Shown one piece after another: positions 1-12,764 of a DNA stretch of 64,000 nucleotides; within the stretch, counting starts at the first letter, position 1, and every line of letters begins with the position of its first letter. The stretch is from Chiloscyllium plagiosum (lineage: Eukaryota): positions 91,634,512-91,698,511 of the forward strand of contig NC_057719.1 of NCBI RefSeq assembly GCF_004010195.1. The letters are read 5' to 3'. Under the pieces are notes generated by a model. That model was given only the letters and a program-made list of their open reading frames with translations. It did not search any database and was not told the origin of the DNA. The translations under genes were made by a program, and so were the position numbers.

Positions 1-20
1 ATCCCTGTGGAACACCCCTG

Positions 21-1030
21 GTGGTAGAAAGTTGTTTTTCAGACTGGAGGCCTGCAACCATCTGTTCCCATGGGAATCAGTGCTAGGTCCACTTTTGTTC
101 GCCACTTATATAAATGATTTAGATGAAAGAATAGAAGACATGGTTGCAGATGACATCAAAATAGGTGTCCAGTGGATAGTGAAGAAGGTTATCTAAGATT
201 TCAAAGAGATCTTGATCAATTGGGTCATTGGGCTGAGGAGTGGCAGATGAAGTTTAATTTTGGATAAATGCGAGGTACTACATTTTGGTAAAACAAACAA
301 GGGCAGGTCTTAGCTAATTAAAAGTTAGGCCTTGAGTAAAACTATAGAACAGAAGGACCTCGAGGTTCATATACATAATTTGTTGAAGTTTGCATCAGTA
401 GACAGGATGGTTGAGAAGTCATTTAGCATGTTTGCCTTCGTTGCTCAAATCTTTCAATTTAGGAGCTGGGGTGCCATGTTGAGGTTAATTGGTGAGGCCG
501 CTTTTGGAGTACTGTTACCACTTCTGGTCACCCTGCTGTAGGAAGGATATTATTAAGCTAGAGAGAGTTTAGAAAAGATTCACCAGGATGTTGCGGGAAT
601 AGAGAGTTTGAATTACAAGGAGAGGCTGTGTAAACTGGGACTTTTTCCAGTGTAGGAAGTTGAACAGTGACCTTGCAGAGGTTTATAAAATCATTCGGGA
701 TATAGATCAGGTGAATGACAGGTGTCTTTTCTCTAGAGTTGGGGATTTCAAGATGAGGGAACATATTTTTAATATGAGAGGAGAAAGATTTTAAAAAGAC
801 ATGAGAGGCAATCCTTTTACTCAGAGTGGAGAGTGGTTCGCATGTGGAATTAACTTCCAGAGGAAGTGGTGAATGCAGGTACAGCTACAACATTTAAAAC
901 ACATTTGGATAAGTACATGAGTAAGTAATGTTTGGAAGGATATGGGTCAAGCGCAGGCAGGTGGAGCTAGTTGGTTGGCATGGACTGTTTTATATAAAGG
1001 GTCAGTTTCTGTGCTATATGACTATTTTTT
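21..1030 (+). mobile_element. CR1/HER1-like LINE, 3' RT region and tail, decayed
   Basis: Degenerate INDLD..., ADD.KIG, WAEEWQMKFN and QKRFTRML-like coding, followed by a CR1 3' tail. Confidence 0.85.
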
Positions 1031-1324
1031 TCAAGTTCGACCATGTACAAGGTTTCTATTTCTCAGAACCAAATTCAAAAAGAATCACTTTTTTCGGTTT
1101 AGAAGGGATTTGTTCTGGATTCCTCATTCTCAGGTTTTGATGAAGTTGACAAGTCCATTTCCTGAATTTCTCACTGCAGAGATCAGAGCGAGTCAAGTTT
1201 CAATAAATATGAACCCACGTTCATAATACCCTCACCGGCATGAATTTTCTTGTATAAAAAGCAATCACATCAAAGGTCAAAAAATGCTTGTTCATAAATA
1301 AATAAGTCGCCATCTCCGCAGTAC

Positions 1325-1435
1325 CTGATTTACTAAAGAAAATCCATTTCTTCTCCACATATCAGCTGAGACCTGAGCCATCAGCACTAAGCAACGCAAT
1401 GGGTAGTCCATCAATTTTTCAACTTGAAAGTCTGA
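1325..1435 (-). CDS. UBR1: UBR1 exon 17 (111 nt): [37 protein letters not shown]
   Basis: [21 protein letters not shown] motif. ttattgcag| ... CAG|gtactg. Confidence 0.96.
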
Positions 1436-2233
1436 CTGCAATAATTAGCACAACAGTAGGTGGTTAATATAGAGCAAGTATGTGTTTCAAAAAACAATAC
1501 CTGTTAAAAATGACACCATTTCGCCAAGCTAATTATCCAACTAATACCAACACTAATAAATATTAAGGATGTGTAAACTTAAATGACTCCAGACTTTAAA
1601 AAAGCTGGACAGCTTTGTATATTCTAATGGCTACTGTAATTTCCTGACTCAAAACAAAATTTTACAAAATAAAGGTACAATCTTTGAAAACACACCAGAT
1701 ATAATCTTTAATATAACTCAAGCAACTTTGAGATCATGGTATAAAGGCTTATTTTAGTTTAGTTTCTATGAAGAATGGAGTTACAAAAGAAAAAAAATGA
1801 AAGACTATATGCATCTATGCTTTAGAGAAAAACTGAAAAAGCTAAACTTACTCCAAATCCAAAGGTTAAATGTAAAACTTTTATCTGTATGTAATACTTT
1901 CAATTAACACATGTATCATAGAATCAAAAATCACAGACAGAGGCTAATCTGCAATTTCACTGAATGACAGCAAGCTGGAGATTTCATCACTGATTTACAT
2001 CACCTGAAACTTCTCATTATGCACCAAGATTATGATCCACAAAAAAAAAGGGACACATATTAAAAACAAAAGTTGGCTGCACGCTAATAAGCAGCAGGTT
2101 GCATTTCAATAATTTAGCAGCAAACCTCTTGACATCTCTCTTAAATAATATTATAAAGGAAAGGTTACTCAGACTTTGAAGAGTAGGATCTTGAAATACA
2201 AGGAAAGCGATTTTTTTATTGCTTCTTACTTAC

Positions 2234-2295
2234 GGAGGGCACATATTCTTCTAACTTGTCAATTGCTCCACTCTTGTTTAGATGTACGTGCAAAC
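2234..2295 (-). CDS. UBR1: UBR1 exon 16 (62 nt): (G)LHVHLNKSGAIDKLEEYVPS
   Basis: GLHV.L...GA...L.E.V motif. ttgtattatag| ... |gtaagt. Phases fit both neighbours. Confidence 0.92.
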
Positions 2296-2639
2296 CTATA
2301 ATACAAAGTAATGTGTAAGAACCTGTACAGTAATTGTTAATAATACCACAAGTTAAGAAAATTGTAAGACTTCATTCCAACACTACGGGGAAAATGGCCA
2401 AGTCAACTTAAATGTAGATTTTAACTTGGCAAAAGAATTACATTAACCTATACGATTTCTCTATGTACTCATTGTCTTTATCGTCCAAGAGGTACTTCTT
2501 CATTTTAGAAACGGGAGTGATGTTGGTGGGGTAGTGGCTGCAGCAGCAATGCCTGGAGCCTAGATTCCCAGCAGCAGTAGGCCTGGAGCCTGGACTCTTG
2601 ATAGTGTTGGCAGCAGTCTCTCACGCCATTAGCATTCAT

Positions 2640-2822
2640 AGGATCCCTAGTGGAAACAGGCCATTTGGCCCAACAAGTCCACACCGACCCTCTGAAGAGT
2701 AATGCACCCAGACCCATTCCCCTACTCTATTACTCTACATTTACACCTGATGAATGCACCTAGCCTACACATCCCTGAACACTATGGGCAATTTAGTATG
2801 CCAATTCACCTAACCTGCATAT
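2640..2822 (-). mobile_element. HE1/V-SINE 3' fragment
   Basis: Reverse complement matches the 3' half of the SINE at 8364-8660 (ggtcggtgtggacttgttgggcc...cctgtttcc). Confidence 0.8.
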
Positions 2823-3469
2823 CCTTATCATTGCTGTTTTCAGCACAGGACTGTCCGAGGACCAGAATGTCTTTCAGATACTTTGAAGAAGCCCTGAAGC
2901 TGTGCTTGAGACCCTAATTTGAACAGAGGATGAACTCCTACCTAACTAATTTCTTTTTATCCTTATTGTATCTCAAAATAGTGCCACACTGTAGTAACAA
3001 AACACTTATTCACTGTATCTTCAAGGTGTATGTGACAATAGATAAATCATTCATCTACCATTCAGTACCATTACCGCCATTTCCAGAAGAGACCAGCCTG
3101 TCAAAACCAGACTTGATGGCTAAAAATATTCTAAGCAACACAAGTTTACAAATGCAAAATCTAGAACCGGCTGTGTGACTTCCCATAGTATAAAGTGCTT
3201 AATGTATACAATGTGGCCATCACTGCCCCTTACTAAAAATCCAAGTTACAACACCGCCATGTTGCAGATTTCCAAGCATTAATAAAAACTGAGCACAAGA
3301 GTTTGAAGGCTGCTCTGATTTACTACAGAACACAGGACATCAGGACAACTATTGGCGGAAAACAAAATAAAAACTGAGCCTAAACTGTTATGTTTTTCCT
3401 GAAAACCAGAAATACATCTATCCTGGAGTGTTTACAAGCTTAGTCTCATTTTGATTTGGCATCATCTGA

Positions 3470-3660
3470 ATCATAAAATTCGTACAATGTGGAAGCAGCC
3501 CAGTTGTCCCATCAAGTCCACACTGATTCTTTGGAGAGCATCCCACATGGACCCACCCTCCTACCCTGTCCTTGTTACCTTGCATTTTCCATGGCTAATC
3601 CACCGGGCTCGCAGTGCCCCGGACACAATGAGCAATTTAGCATAGCCAATCCACCTGTCC
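3470..3660 (-). mobile_element. HE1/V-SINE fragment, older
   Basis: gcaatttagcatagccaatccacct and tail similar to the other HE1 copies. Confidence 0.7.
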
Positions 3661-4159
3661 CCACCCCTCAACCACAGATCCCATGCCTCACCCACACTCC
3701 TCACCCCTCATACACAGACTGTGCTCCCTCAGCTGTCTGCGCTCCTTTGAAGCTTTGGATTCAAGTTGTTCAGATTTCTTCTTGGTGCATTATTTCTGTC
3801 TGCTTACTATATCTATCTAGAATATTTAAGGATTAAATAACTTTATTAACTCAATAATGTATAGACAAAAGCAGTCATTGGTCCTAGACTTTACATCTAA
3901 AAAAAGAAAAGTCTACACTTGCCTTTTGGAATTGTTACATCAGTTTTTTAACTGGAATTTTAAAATACATGGCTGAGTGAGTTTTAACTTATGAGAGTTG
4001 GTGAGAAACAGAATGGAAGCATACCTGTATAAGTGTTAAATTGTCTACAGTGTTAATAATTAGTAACGGGTGAATTAGGTCATGGCTGTATCACCATCAC
4101 CTGAAGTTACAGATTTAAAAGGGTAAAAGCTGGAAAAAAAGATAGATAATTTTATCATG

Positions 4160-4406
4160 ATTTGGAGATGCCGGTGTTGGACTGGGGTGTACAAAGTTTA
4201 AAAAAAAATCACAAAATCAGGTTATAGTCCAACAGGTTTATGTGGAAGCGCTAGCTTTCGGAGCGCTGCTCCTTCATCAGGTGGTTGTGAAGTATAATAC
4301 TTACACTTCACAACCACCTGATGAAGGAGCTGCGCTCCAAAAGCTAGCGCTCCCACATAAACCTGTTGGACTATAACCTGGTGTTGTGTGATTTTTAACT
4401 TTGGAC
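4160..4406. mobile_element. PLE-derived inverted-repeat insertion (family B) with two opposed minimal hammerhead motifs
   Basis: Arms about 4189-4293 and 4305-4406, with an 11-nt loop. Flanked by aattttatcatg (4148-4159) and aatattatcatg (4407-4418). Confidence 0.8.
4248..4283 (-). ncRNA. Minimal type-I hammerhead ribozyme motif, intact core
   Basis: cac-CUGAUGA-a-GGAGC agc GCUCC-GAAA-GC-UA-gcg. Confidence 0.7.
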
Positions 4407-4981
4407 AATATTATCATGTACTTATTACTTCATTACTATTTTTAGTTTGGATTGCAATAAGTAAAATGACTGAGTCACTGTACTGATTGTCCTGTCGAAC
4501 ATTTCCTTTATTCTTTCATGGGATGTTGGCATCACGGGCAAGGTTAACGTCTGGTGTCCATCACTAATTGCCCTTGAACTGAATGTCATGCCTGGCCATC
4601 TCAGTGGACAGTTGAGAGGCAACCACATTACTGTCGGCCTGATGTCACATGTAGGCCAGACCAGGTGTTGGTGGCAGCCTTCCTTTCCTAAAAGGCATTT
4701 GTCAGCCAAATGAGTTTTAGAATTGATCTACATTATCAAACAGGAATAAAATTTTACAGTCTTAGACAATCAAGCAGAGGATTCCATATCACCTTTCCAT
4801 TACTGATCAAAGCTCAAGTTAAAGGTTTGTTTCCTAAAAGAGTTACCGGGTTTGAGTCCATAGCACTCTGGGAATTAAATGGCTATTCTGCTACCATACC
4901 ACTATGTTGCTCAGGATGCTTCAAAGCTGCATCGCTTATGTCATTACTATTATGCTAGTGAAGCAATTCCCTTCAACCAAC

Positions 4982-5174
4982 CTGCAAGGAGCCTGGATAA
5001 GGGAAGATGGATGCTGACAGGTTCTCGAGATACCAAATAACGTTTCAAGCTGATGGAGTGACCACACATGTTCAACATGTTGAGCTGCTTCCTTGCATCC
5101 CGCTGACTGCACTCGTTAGTACACTGGGATAAAACACGGTGGCATTCCTTGTAAGCTTGAAGAAGAACTTGTTC
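4982..5174 (-). CDS. UBR1: UBR1 exon 15 (193 nt): EQVLLQAYKECHRVLSQC...CGHSISLKRYLVSREPVSIHLPLSRLLA(G)
   Basis: AYKECH, CGHS and VSIHLPLSR.LAG motifs. tacatgcag| ... GCAG|gttggt. Confidence 0.93.
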
Positions 5175-6765
5175 CTGCATGTACACATGAGAAATACAAA
5201 CATATGAAATAGGAGCAAGAGTACTCCTGATAGCCCCTCGAAGCAGCTTCATCAGTACAAAATCTACATCACACCACTTTCCCATCCTTTCCCATATTGC
5301 TCAACTCCTTTATTGCTCAAAGTATATTGACTTGTCCAAGTGTTGAACATATTCAACAGCTGAGCACCCAAGGTTCTCTGGAGTAGTGAAGTTCAAATGT
5401 TTCACAATGTGCTTTCAAAAACAATTAACTTTGAAAATAAATGCATTTTCCTTTCATGAGAAGGTAATAAACCAATTATAAGGGGACAGATTCTTTTAAC
5501 ACAGTGCAGCCAAAAGAGATCATGGTTTGTTATATGTTCATAGCACTCAAAGGTAGGGAAATATCTTAAAATTGGTTCGCAAGGAGCAGAAACTTCACTG
5601 GAGGGCTCGAATTGACAGTTAGGAAGGTGAACTTTGAGAGAAGAGACTGAGGGGAGTTTAGTAAGAACAACACATAGGAAAATGGCAATTGAGGAGGTGA
5701 AAATTACTGGAAGTCAATGGGAATGTTGAGGGCAGAGCAGGACTAAGCAGCCAAATGGTCAACTCCTGCTCCTAACTTGTGTTATGTATGCAAAATTAGA
5801 GGGCTCATAGGAAATCTGAGCATTGTGATTTAAGTATCCACTTTTATTGAGTATTGTTATTCCAGAAAAAAGTGATGCATGCATCTTTACCTGAAGCAGT
5901 AGTAGTCCTGTAACATGCTCAAATTTGTTAATCTTTTACCAAAATAAGGACCAAGAAATTAGAAGCTGTCTTTGCATGACACAACAAAGATGACTCTTTG
6001 GCTCATCATGCCTTTAAAAACTGAGTAGAACTATCAAATTAATCTCAGTCTACTCCTAAAGTTTCCTTCAATCATTGACCTAATTCACTTTTGAATGTTA
6101 ATCTTGAATCTGCTTTCACCAGCTTTTCAGCCAGTACATTTCTGATCACAACAACTCGCTGCATAAAGACAAAAATATTTCCTCACGTTATGTGGTTAAA
6201 TAAATGAGCCTGAGAACAGCAATCTCTTCCTACGCTGTCAATAAACTTAAACCTTGATCAAATCTTCTCAAATTGTTTCTGTGTAGGGAGAAATATCTAG
6301 CTATAAGTAAAAGTGTACAATTCTGAGAAGATTGGTGGTCGGTCAAAAGTTTGGATTGAAAGAAAAAGAAATTAGAATATGTGAGAAAGCAACCTACAAA
6401 GTTAAGAAACCGATAAGAGTGTTGAAAGTATTAAAAAGGAAAAGAGCACATTCAATGAGCATTATTTCTCTATGGTGAGAATCTGGGAAATTAACAATGG
6501 ACAAGGAGGAAATGGCTGGTGAACTGAATAGATATTTTGAGTCACTTTTTACAGTCATTTAAATCGATTTGGTGACCTAGTGTCACTAACATTTTGTGGG
6601 ATTTATGAGAATCTGTGGGAGCTGTCTCATTTGCTATTTGTAGGGTGTTTGATTTTAATTCTGAATGTTCGGAATATAACTTTTATATATATTGTAGATT
6701 GTTTTATTGTTTATAACTTTGTACAGTAATGGTTTTTTTGTCTTTTTTGACTGTAGAATCTTGTA

Positions 6766-6954
6766 CAGTCAGTCTGTTATAACGGGTGTTTGGTTAATGT
6801 GAATTTTGGAACCTGCTTCTAAAGCTTTTAAAATATGTGTTGGCTGTGACGCGATTACAATGTCATTACTTTAAGTGCTGTTTCTACAGTGTGATATTAC
6901 TACAATGCAGGTTTGCACATGATCGCAACCACTGTGTAATAGAAGAACTATCTG
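6766..6954. mobile_element. Tc1/mariner (Tigger-like) MITE
   Basis: TA|CAGTCAGTCTGTTAT ... ATAGAAGAACTATCTG|TA: imperfect TIRs with TA duplication. Confidence 0.65.
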
Positions 6955-7769
6955 TAGCTTTGTTCCCTTAATAAGAACCTCAAATCTCAGACACTACCTA
7001 CTTTTAAAAGAAAGGTTACTGGTCCCTAGATCATATCACAATGTACCTTTGGTAGTGTGGTCCATCATCATTACAGTATGTTCTCCAGTTTCTTCACATT
7101 ACTGTTACCCCATATGCCCAGCACCATCCTCGGGAACTCCTTTGCAAATCACTCCATTGTTTCAAGAATGGAAAACAATACTTCAGCTAAGGGCTTATTT
7201 TCAACTATACTTAAACCTAAAGATCCCATATGCTGTTTTAAAACCTTCTCAACATTTCCTGGCACCTTCAAAGATGTGCGTGCAAGGTCTCCATTTGTTC
7301 ACCACCATTAAAATTAGACTACAGAAGTTCATATTACTTCTCTGCAATATTTCTTTCAAAGGAATCACTTTACATTTCCTCAACTTGAATTTCATATCCG
7401 CTCATTTCACTAGGCTGTCTCTATCCACTTGAAATAAAATCCTCACTCTTAATGTGTTTCCAAGGTTCTTATCATCTATGAACTTTGGATGCGCCATCTA
7501 AATCTAAGCTGTCACAACTCATTGGGGTAGTGTGCTGGAAGTCAAATTTGAACATTGGGAGATTTGGTTTTGAGGAATGTTGTGGGTTGTTCCATTTAGA
7601 ATAGCATCCCAGTTTTAGAATATCACAGTATCCTAGGCTATGGTGGAGGAATCTGAGTTTTCATAGCAGGTTATTGTTTTAGACTCCTCAGTGAGATGGA
7701 CAGTCTTACTAAGATGCATTGTTTCACCTTTATAGGTCCAGAGCATCTACCAGCTAGAGAACACCATCG

Positions 7770-10130
7770 AGATCACAGAATCATACACTACAGAAGAGGA
7801 TTTCAGCCCAAGTCTGTATTGTACGCTTAACCTACTTAGACACATTTTCCACCAGTAGATCTGTAGCCTTGAATGCTATGACATGTCAAGTGTTCATCCA
7901 AGTACTTCTTCAAGGTTGTGATGTTACCCGCCTCTACCACTCTCCCCAGAAGGGAATTTCAGAAACTGACTGAGTGAAAAAAATTTCCTCAACTCCCTTC
8001 TAAATCTCCTGCCTTTCAACCTTAAAAGTGTGCGCTCTGTTATTGACCCTTCAACCAAGGGGCAAAAAAGGATTCTACCCACCCCATTCATGCCCCTCAT
8101 AATCTTATCAGATTCCTCCCGCAACCTTCTCTGCTGCAAAGAAAACAACCCAAACGTATCCACCCTCTCTTCAAAGCTGAAGTGCTCCATCCCTGACACA
8201 TCCCTTCTGCAACTCCTCCTGTATAATCATATCCTTCCTATAATGTGGTGACCAGAACTGCATACAGTACTCCAGTGTGGTCGAATCAGAGTTCTGTGCA
8301 GCTCCAAATAAACTCCCTGCTCTCATAACCTATGCCTGACATAGTCAGTTAAAGGCTAGTGTACCTCACAGCGTCAGAGACCCGGGTTCAATTCCCGCCT
8401 CAGGCGACTGTCTGTGTGGAATTTGCACGTTCTCCCCGTGTCTGCGTGGGTTTCCTCCGGGTGCTCCGGTTTCCTCCCACCATCCAAAGATGTGCAGGGT
8501 CAGGTGAATTGGCCATGCTAAATTGCCCGTAGTGTTAGGTAAAGGGTAAATGTAGGGGTATGGGTGGGTTTCGCTTTGGCGGGTCGGTGTGGACTTGTTG
8601 GGCCGAAGGGCCTGTTTCCGCACTGTAATCTAATCTAATCTAATCTAATCTAAATCTAAACCTTATTAAGCTATTCTGCTACTTTCAGGGGTTTGTGGAC
8701 GAGCATCCCAAGATACCCTGTATTCCTCTGAGCTTTCTCCCTTGTCTTAATCCTTCTTCTAAGTGCATCTCTTCACACTTGTCAGGGTTAAATTGCATCT
8801 GCCACTGATCTGCCAAAATGACCAATCCATCTCTATCTTTCTGTAACCTAAGACCTTCTTCCTTACTGTCAATCACACAGCCAATCTTCATGCTACCTTT
8901 GTGACATCCATGAACTTATCATCCCCACCTTTGTCTTCTGTCAGTAGCTAATTCTGGCTCCAACCTGCCAAGTTATCTTTGATCTCATGTGCTTTTGGCT
9001 TCTTTATCAGTCTCCCAACTTGCCAGAGGCCTTACTAAAATCCATATCAACTAAGTGACACTCATCCAGATGCCTGTTCACCACCTCAAAATATCCAACC
9101 AGATATTAGACGTGATCTCTCTCTGACAAAACCTTAGTGACCATCCCTGATTAAGCTTTGATTCTCTAAAAGGAAAGTAACTTTCTCCTTCAGAATTACC
9201 TCCAATAGCTTCCTTACCACTGATCTGGGACTCACTGGTCTATAACTAACTGGATCATCTTTACCATTCTTCTTGAAAAGTGGAACCATATGTCCTCCAG
9301 TCCTCTTAAGATGAGAGAGGAATTAAAAATTTGGATCAGGGTTTGTAATTTCCTTCCCTTGTCTTCCACAGCAGCCTGGCAGGCAACTTAACTATGCCTG
9401 GGGATTTGCCCCCTTTAAAGCTCACCAAAAGCTCCAATACTTATTCACTGATATTAAACTGCTCAAAAAACCTCTGCCCATTTTCCCAAATTCCGAACCT
9501 GCATCCTCCTCCTCCTGACAGAAGTCAGGTGAAGTACTTGTTTAACATTCTACCAATGTCCTCTGGTTCCACATAGATTTCCTCATTGTCCCTAATGGAC
9601 CCTCCTTTTTCCCCTGGTTATTCTCTTCCCCTTGATTTACTTCAGAATTTCTCAGGACTTTCCCTAATCTTACCCACCAATGTTTTCTCACTCCCGGTGT
9701 TTGCTCTCCTAATTGCTTTCTTAAGTTTTCCACTGTATATTCAATATTCCATTGGGTCCTCAGATGATTTGCTACCTGTTATACACCTCTCTTTTCCTTT
9801 GTATCCAGTTCTGAATATTCGTCGACATCCAGGGTTCTCTGGCCTTGTTGTTCCTACATTTCACCATAAAGGGAACATGTTGCACTCCCCATATTCGAAT
9901 GTGCATTCACCCTTAAGTAGCTGCTTCCAATCCACTCTGGCCAGATCCTGCCTTAAGTTTTAAAAAACCTGCAATTCCCCAATGCAAAATCATCAGACCA
10001 CATTTTTCCTTTCCATAACAAACTTATGGTGTTGTGGACGCTGTCAGAAAAAAATGCCATCCTGTTGCCACCTTTACTATCTGTCTGGCTTCATTCCCCA
10101 GAATTAGGTCCAGCACTGTACCATTCCTTA
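7770..10130 (-). mobile_element. CR1-like LINE, decayed, interrupted by an HE1 SINE
   Basis: Minus ORF fragments LADQWQMQFNPDKCE and SFEER...GLFSLQQRRLR. Confidence 0.85.
8364..8660 (+). mobile_element. HE1-type tRNA-derived V-SINE, near complete, (TAATC)n tail
   Basis: B-box gggttcaattccc, V-domain tctgtgtgga.tttgcacgttctccccgtgtctgcgtgggtttcctccgggtgctccggtttcctcccac, and a CR1-derived tail. Confidence 0.9.
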
Positions 10131-10244
10131 AAGGAAATAAATTACAACTGGGAATCATTTAAGAATGGAGGTACTGTTTTCCAAATTCCTGAATACTGTC
10201 AATGGCTTCAGAAGCACAATTTATACCAGGTATAGCTAACAAGC

Positions 10245-10325
10245 AGGAGAAAGTGAGGTCTGCAGATGCTGGAGATCAAAGTTGAAACTTTATTGCTAGA
10301 ACAGCACAGCAGGTCAGGCAGCATA
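10245..10325 (-). mobile_element. PLE family A terminal-repeat 3' fragment
   Basis: ggagaaagtgaggtctgcagatgctggagatc...gcacagcaggtcaggcagcat is shared with the copies at 30628, 37566 and 16056. Confidence 0.75.
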
Positions 10326-11898
10326 TGTAACTTTACGAGCTCGCAGTATTCAGGACATAACAGCATGTATGAGTTCCAGTAATTTAACTGAACCTAACAG
10401 CCTAAACTGATTATCTCAGTGCAAATGGAAGCCCCTGAGAATGCCAGACATTTAGGTGAAAGGTTTTGCCCTCTAAGAGTTATTTGCCAAAGAGTCACAT
10501 CTGAGCACCTCATTTCTGGAACAAAGTAAAACAATCACAATTGACACTGATCTTAGGAATACCGTTTCCTACATTACAACGCTGATCACACATTAGTAGT
10601 AGTTGATTGGCTGTAGACAACTTTGGAATGACCTGCGTTTGTGAAAGTCCTATAGTTGTTTCTTTGCTCTTCTGGGATCTACAACCTAACTACCCCTATA
10701 TGACTGTTAAAATATAAGGAAGAAGATTTACCATGAAGATCATTAAAAAAAATTGATCATGCCAATTATTTCAATTATGGTCGGGAAGGTTTTAAACTAA
10801 AATGGCATGGAAATGCAAATCTATATGGGAAGACAGTCGAAATGGAAAGGTCAAACAAAGACAGAATCAGAAATAAGCAATAGACAGAGAATTCAAACCA
10901 TAATGCAAAATAATGTGAACAGGACCAAAAATGTTAAGACGACAATACAGTCCTGTTCTTAACACACAGACCACTCTCAGCAAAATGGACAAATTAGTCA
11001 TGCAAATAGATATATATAAGTAAAATATAGTTGTGATTACAGAGAAGTGGCTGCAGAGTGACCGGGGCATTTTACGTTGAAGAAGAATAGACAGACGAGG
11101 AGGAAAAAGGAGTTAGGTAACCAGCATTGCTGGTTAACACAACGCAGAAGGAATTTAGCTCCAGTGAAGTGGAATCTATATAGGTAAAGCTTAGAGACAA
11201 GGGGATGAAAACAGAAGAGCAGGCTGTATACAGACCCACAAACAGTAGTAGTAATGTTGTGGGAGGCATTAAAGAGAAATTAGAGACGCAAGCGTCTCTA
11301 ATTATGGGAGCAGCTATAATTATGGGAGACTTTAATTTGCATACATATTGGGCAAATTAAATTATAACAATACCTTTGAGTTGCAATTTCTGCAGTGTAT
11401 ATTGGGTGGTTTTCACAATCAATATGTTGAAGAACCAATTAGAGGAGAAGCCATTCTAGACTGCATATTGTGTCATGAGAAAGGAATAATTGACAATATA
11501 GGTGTACAATGCCCCTTGGGAAAGAATAACCATAATGTAACCACACTAACAGTGGCATAAACTATGGTCCTGAATCCAAACAGAGGAAACTACAAAGGCA
11601 CGAGCTGGCTACGATAAACTGGGGAATGATAAACAGACAACAGTAGATTAGCAATAGCAAACATTTAAACAGTGCACGGAGGAACTGTAATAATTGTTCA
11701 TTCCTGCCTGGCACAAAAATAAAAACTGGCATGAACTGGCCTGTCTACAGCTAACAGGAGAAATTAGGGATAGCATTAGATCCAGGGAAGCAGACAAGTT
11801 GGCCAAAAGGATTGGGAGATTAGATTTCATCAAAGGAGGACAAAGGGCTTTATTAAGAGGGGAAATAACGGAGTAAACTTGCAGAGAACATACAAACT

Positions 11899-12764
11899 CT
11901 GGGTCAGATATGTCAATGACACGTTTGTAATCATTAAAAACACGGAAATAGAAAAAACACACTGGATCATCAACGCCACACTTACAGGAATCCGATTCAC
12001 AAGAGAAGAAGAAAAGGATAGCCAACTCCCATTCCTAGACGTGATGGTACAGAGAACACCGAACGGAGAATTCACTACAAGGGTATACAGGAAAGCCACA
12101 CACACAGACCAAGTCCTAAACTATGAAAGTAACCACCCCAACACACACAAACGAAGCTGCATCAGGACACTATTCAAAAGGGCCACAACACACTGCAGTA
12201 CACCAGAACTGCAAAAAGAAGAGGAGGAACACTTACACAAGATATTCGCCAAAAATGGATACCCCCGCAACTTCATCAACAGATGCCTAAGAGAAAGACT
12301 ACGGAACGAGGACATACCACAACCAAAAGGACTAGCCACACTACCATACATCAGGAGCATCTCGGAACTGACTGCCAGACTACTGCGACCCCTAGGACTC
12401 ATAACGGCACACAAACCAACAGCCACGCTCAGACAACAACTCACCAGAGGCATTTAATTCGACTGGGACAACACTACTATCATAGGGCAAGCCAGGCAGA
12501 GAACAGCCAGGGAATTCCTAGAGGCATGGCATTCATCCACAAACTCCATCAACAAACACATCGACCTGGACCCAATATACCAACCACTACAGCGTACAGC
12601 TGAAACTGACAACCGGAAGCGGCAGGGACAGACCACTATAAACATCGGAGGAAACATCAAAGAAGCGCTTTGCAGGAGGCTCCCAAGCACTGATGATGTC
12701 GCCTAGCCAGGGGACGAAACGTTTGCAACAAAAACTTCCAGCTCGGCGAACAGAACCACAACAA
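11899..12764 (+). mobile_element. Penelope-like element (Poseidon-type), 5'-truncated, internally deleted
   Basis: ORF KLWVRYVNDTF...LPFLDV..VYRKATHTD..LNYESNHP..HKRS (PLE RT/thumb) and C-terminus FDWD...REFLEAWHS..SINKHIDLDPIY. 14-bp TSD agaacatacaaact at 11885-11898 and 12765-12778. Confidence 0.92.
12687..12726 (+). ncRNA. Minimal hammerhead motif in the PLE 3' repeat
   Basis: GCA-CUGAUGA-u-GUCgCCU agcc AGGgGAC-GAAA-CG-UU-UGC. Confidence 0.7.

Noticed and set aside
1..21. Inverted CR1 piece at the window start (possible 5' inversion)
   Set aside because: Only about 20 nt are visible, so it cannot be evaluated without upstream sequence.
2538..2600. Two ~30-bp tandem units (cagcagca...gcctggagcct.ga.tc)
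   Set aside because: Only two imperfect copies with no further structure. Likely a local duplication.
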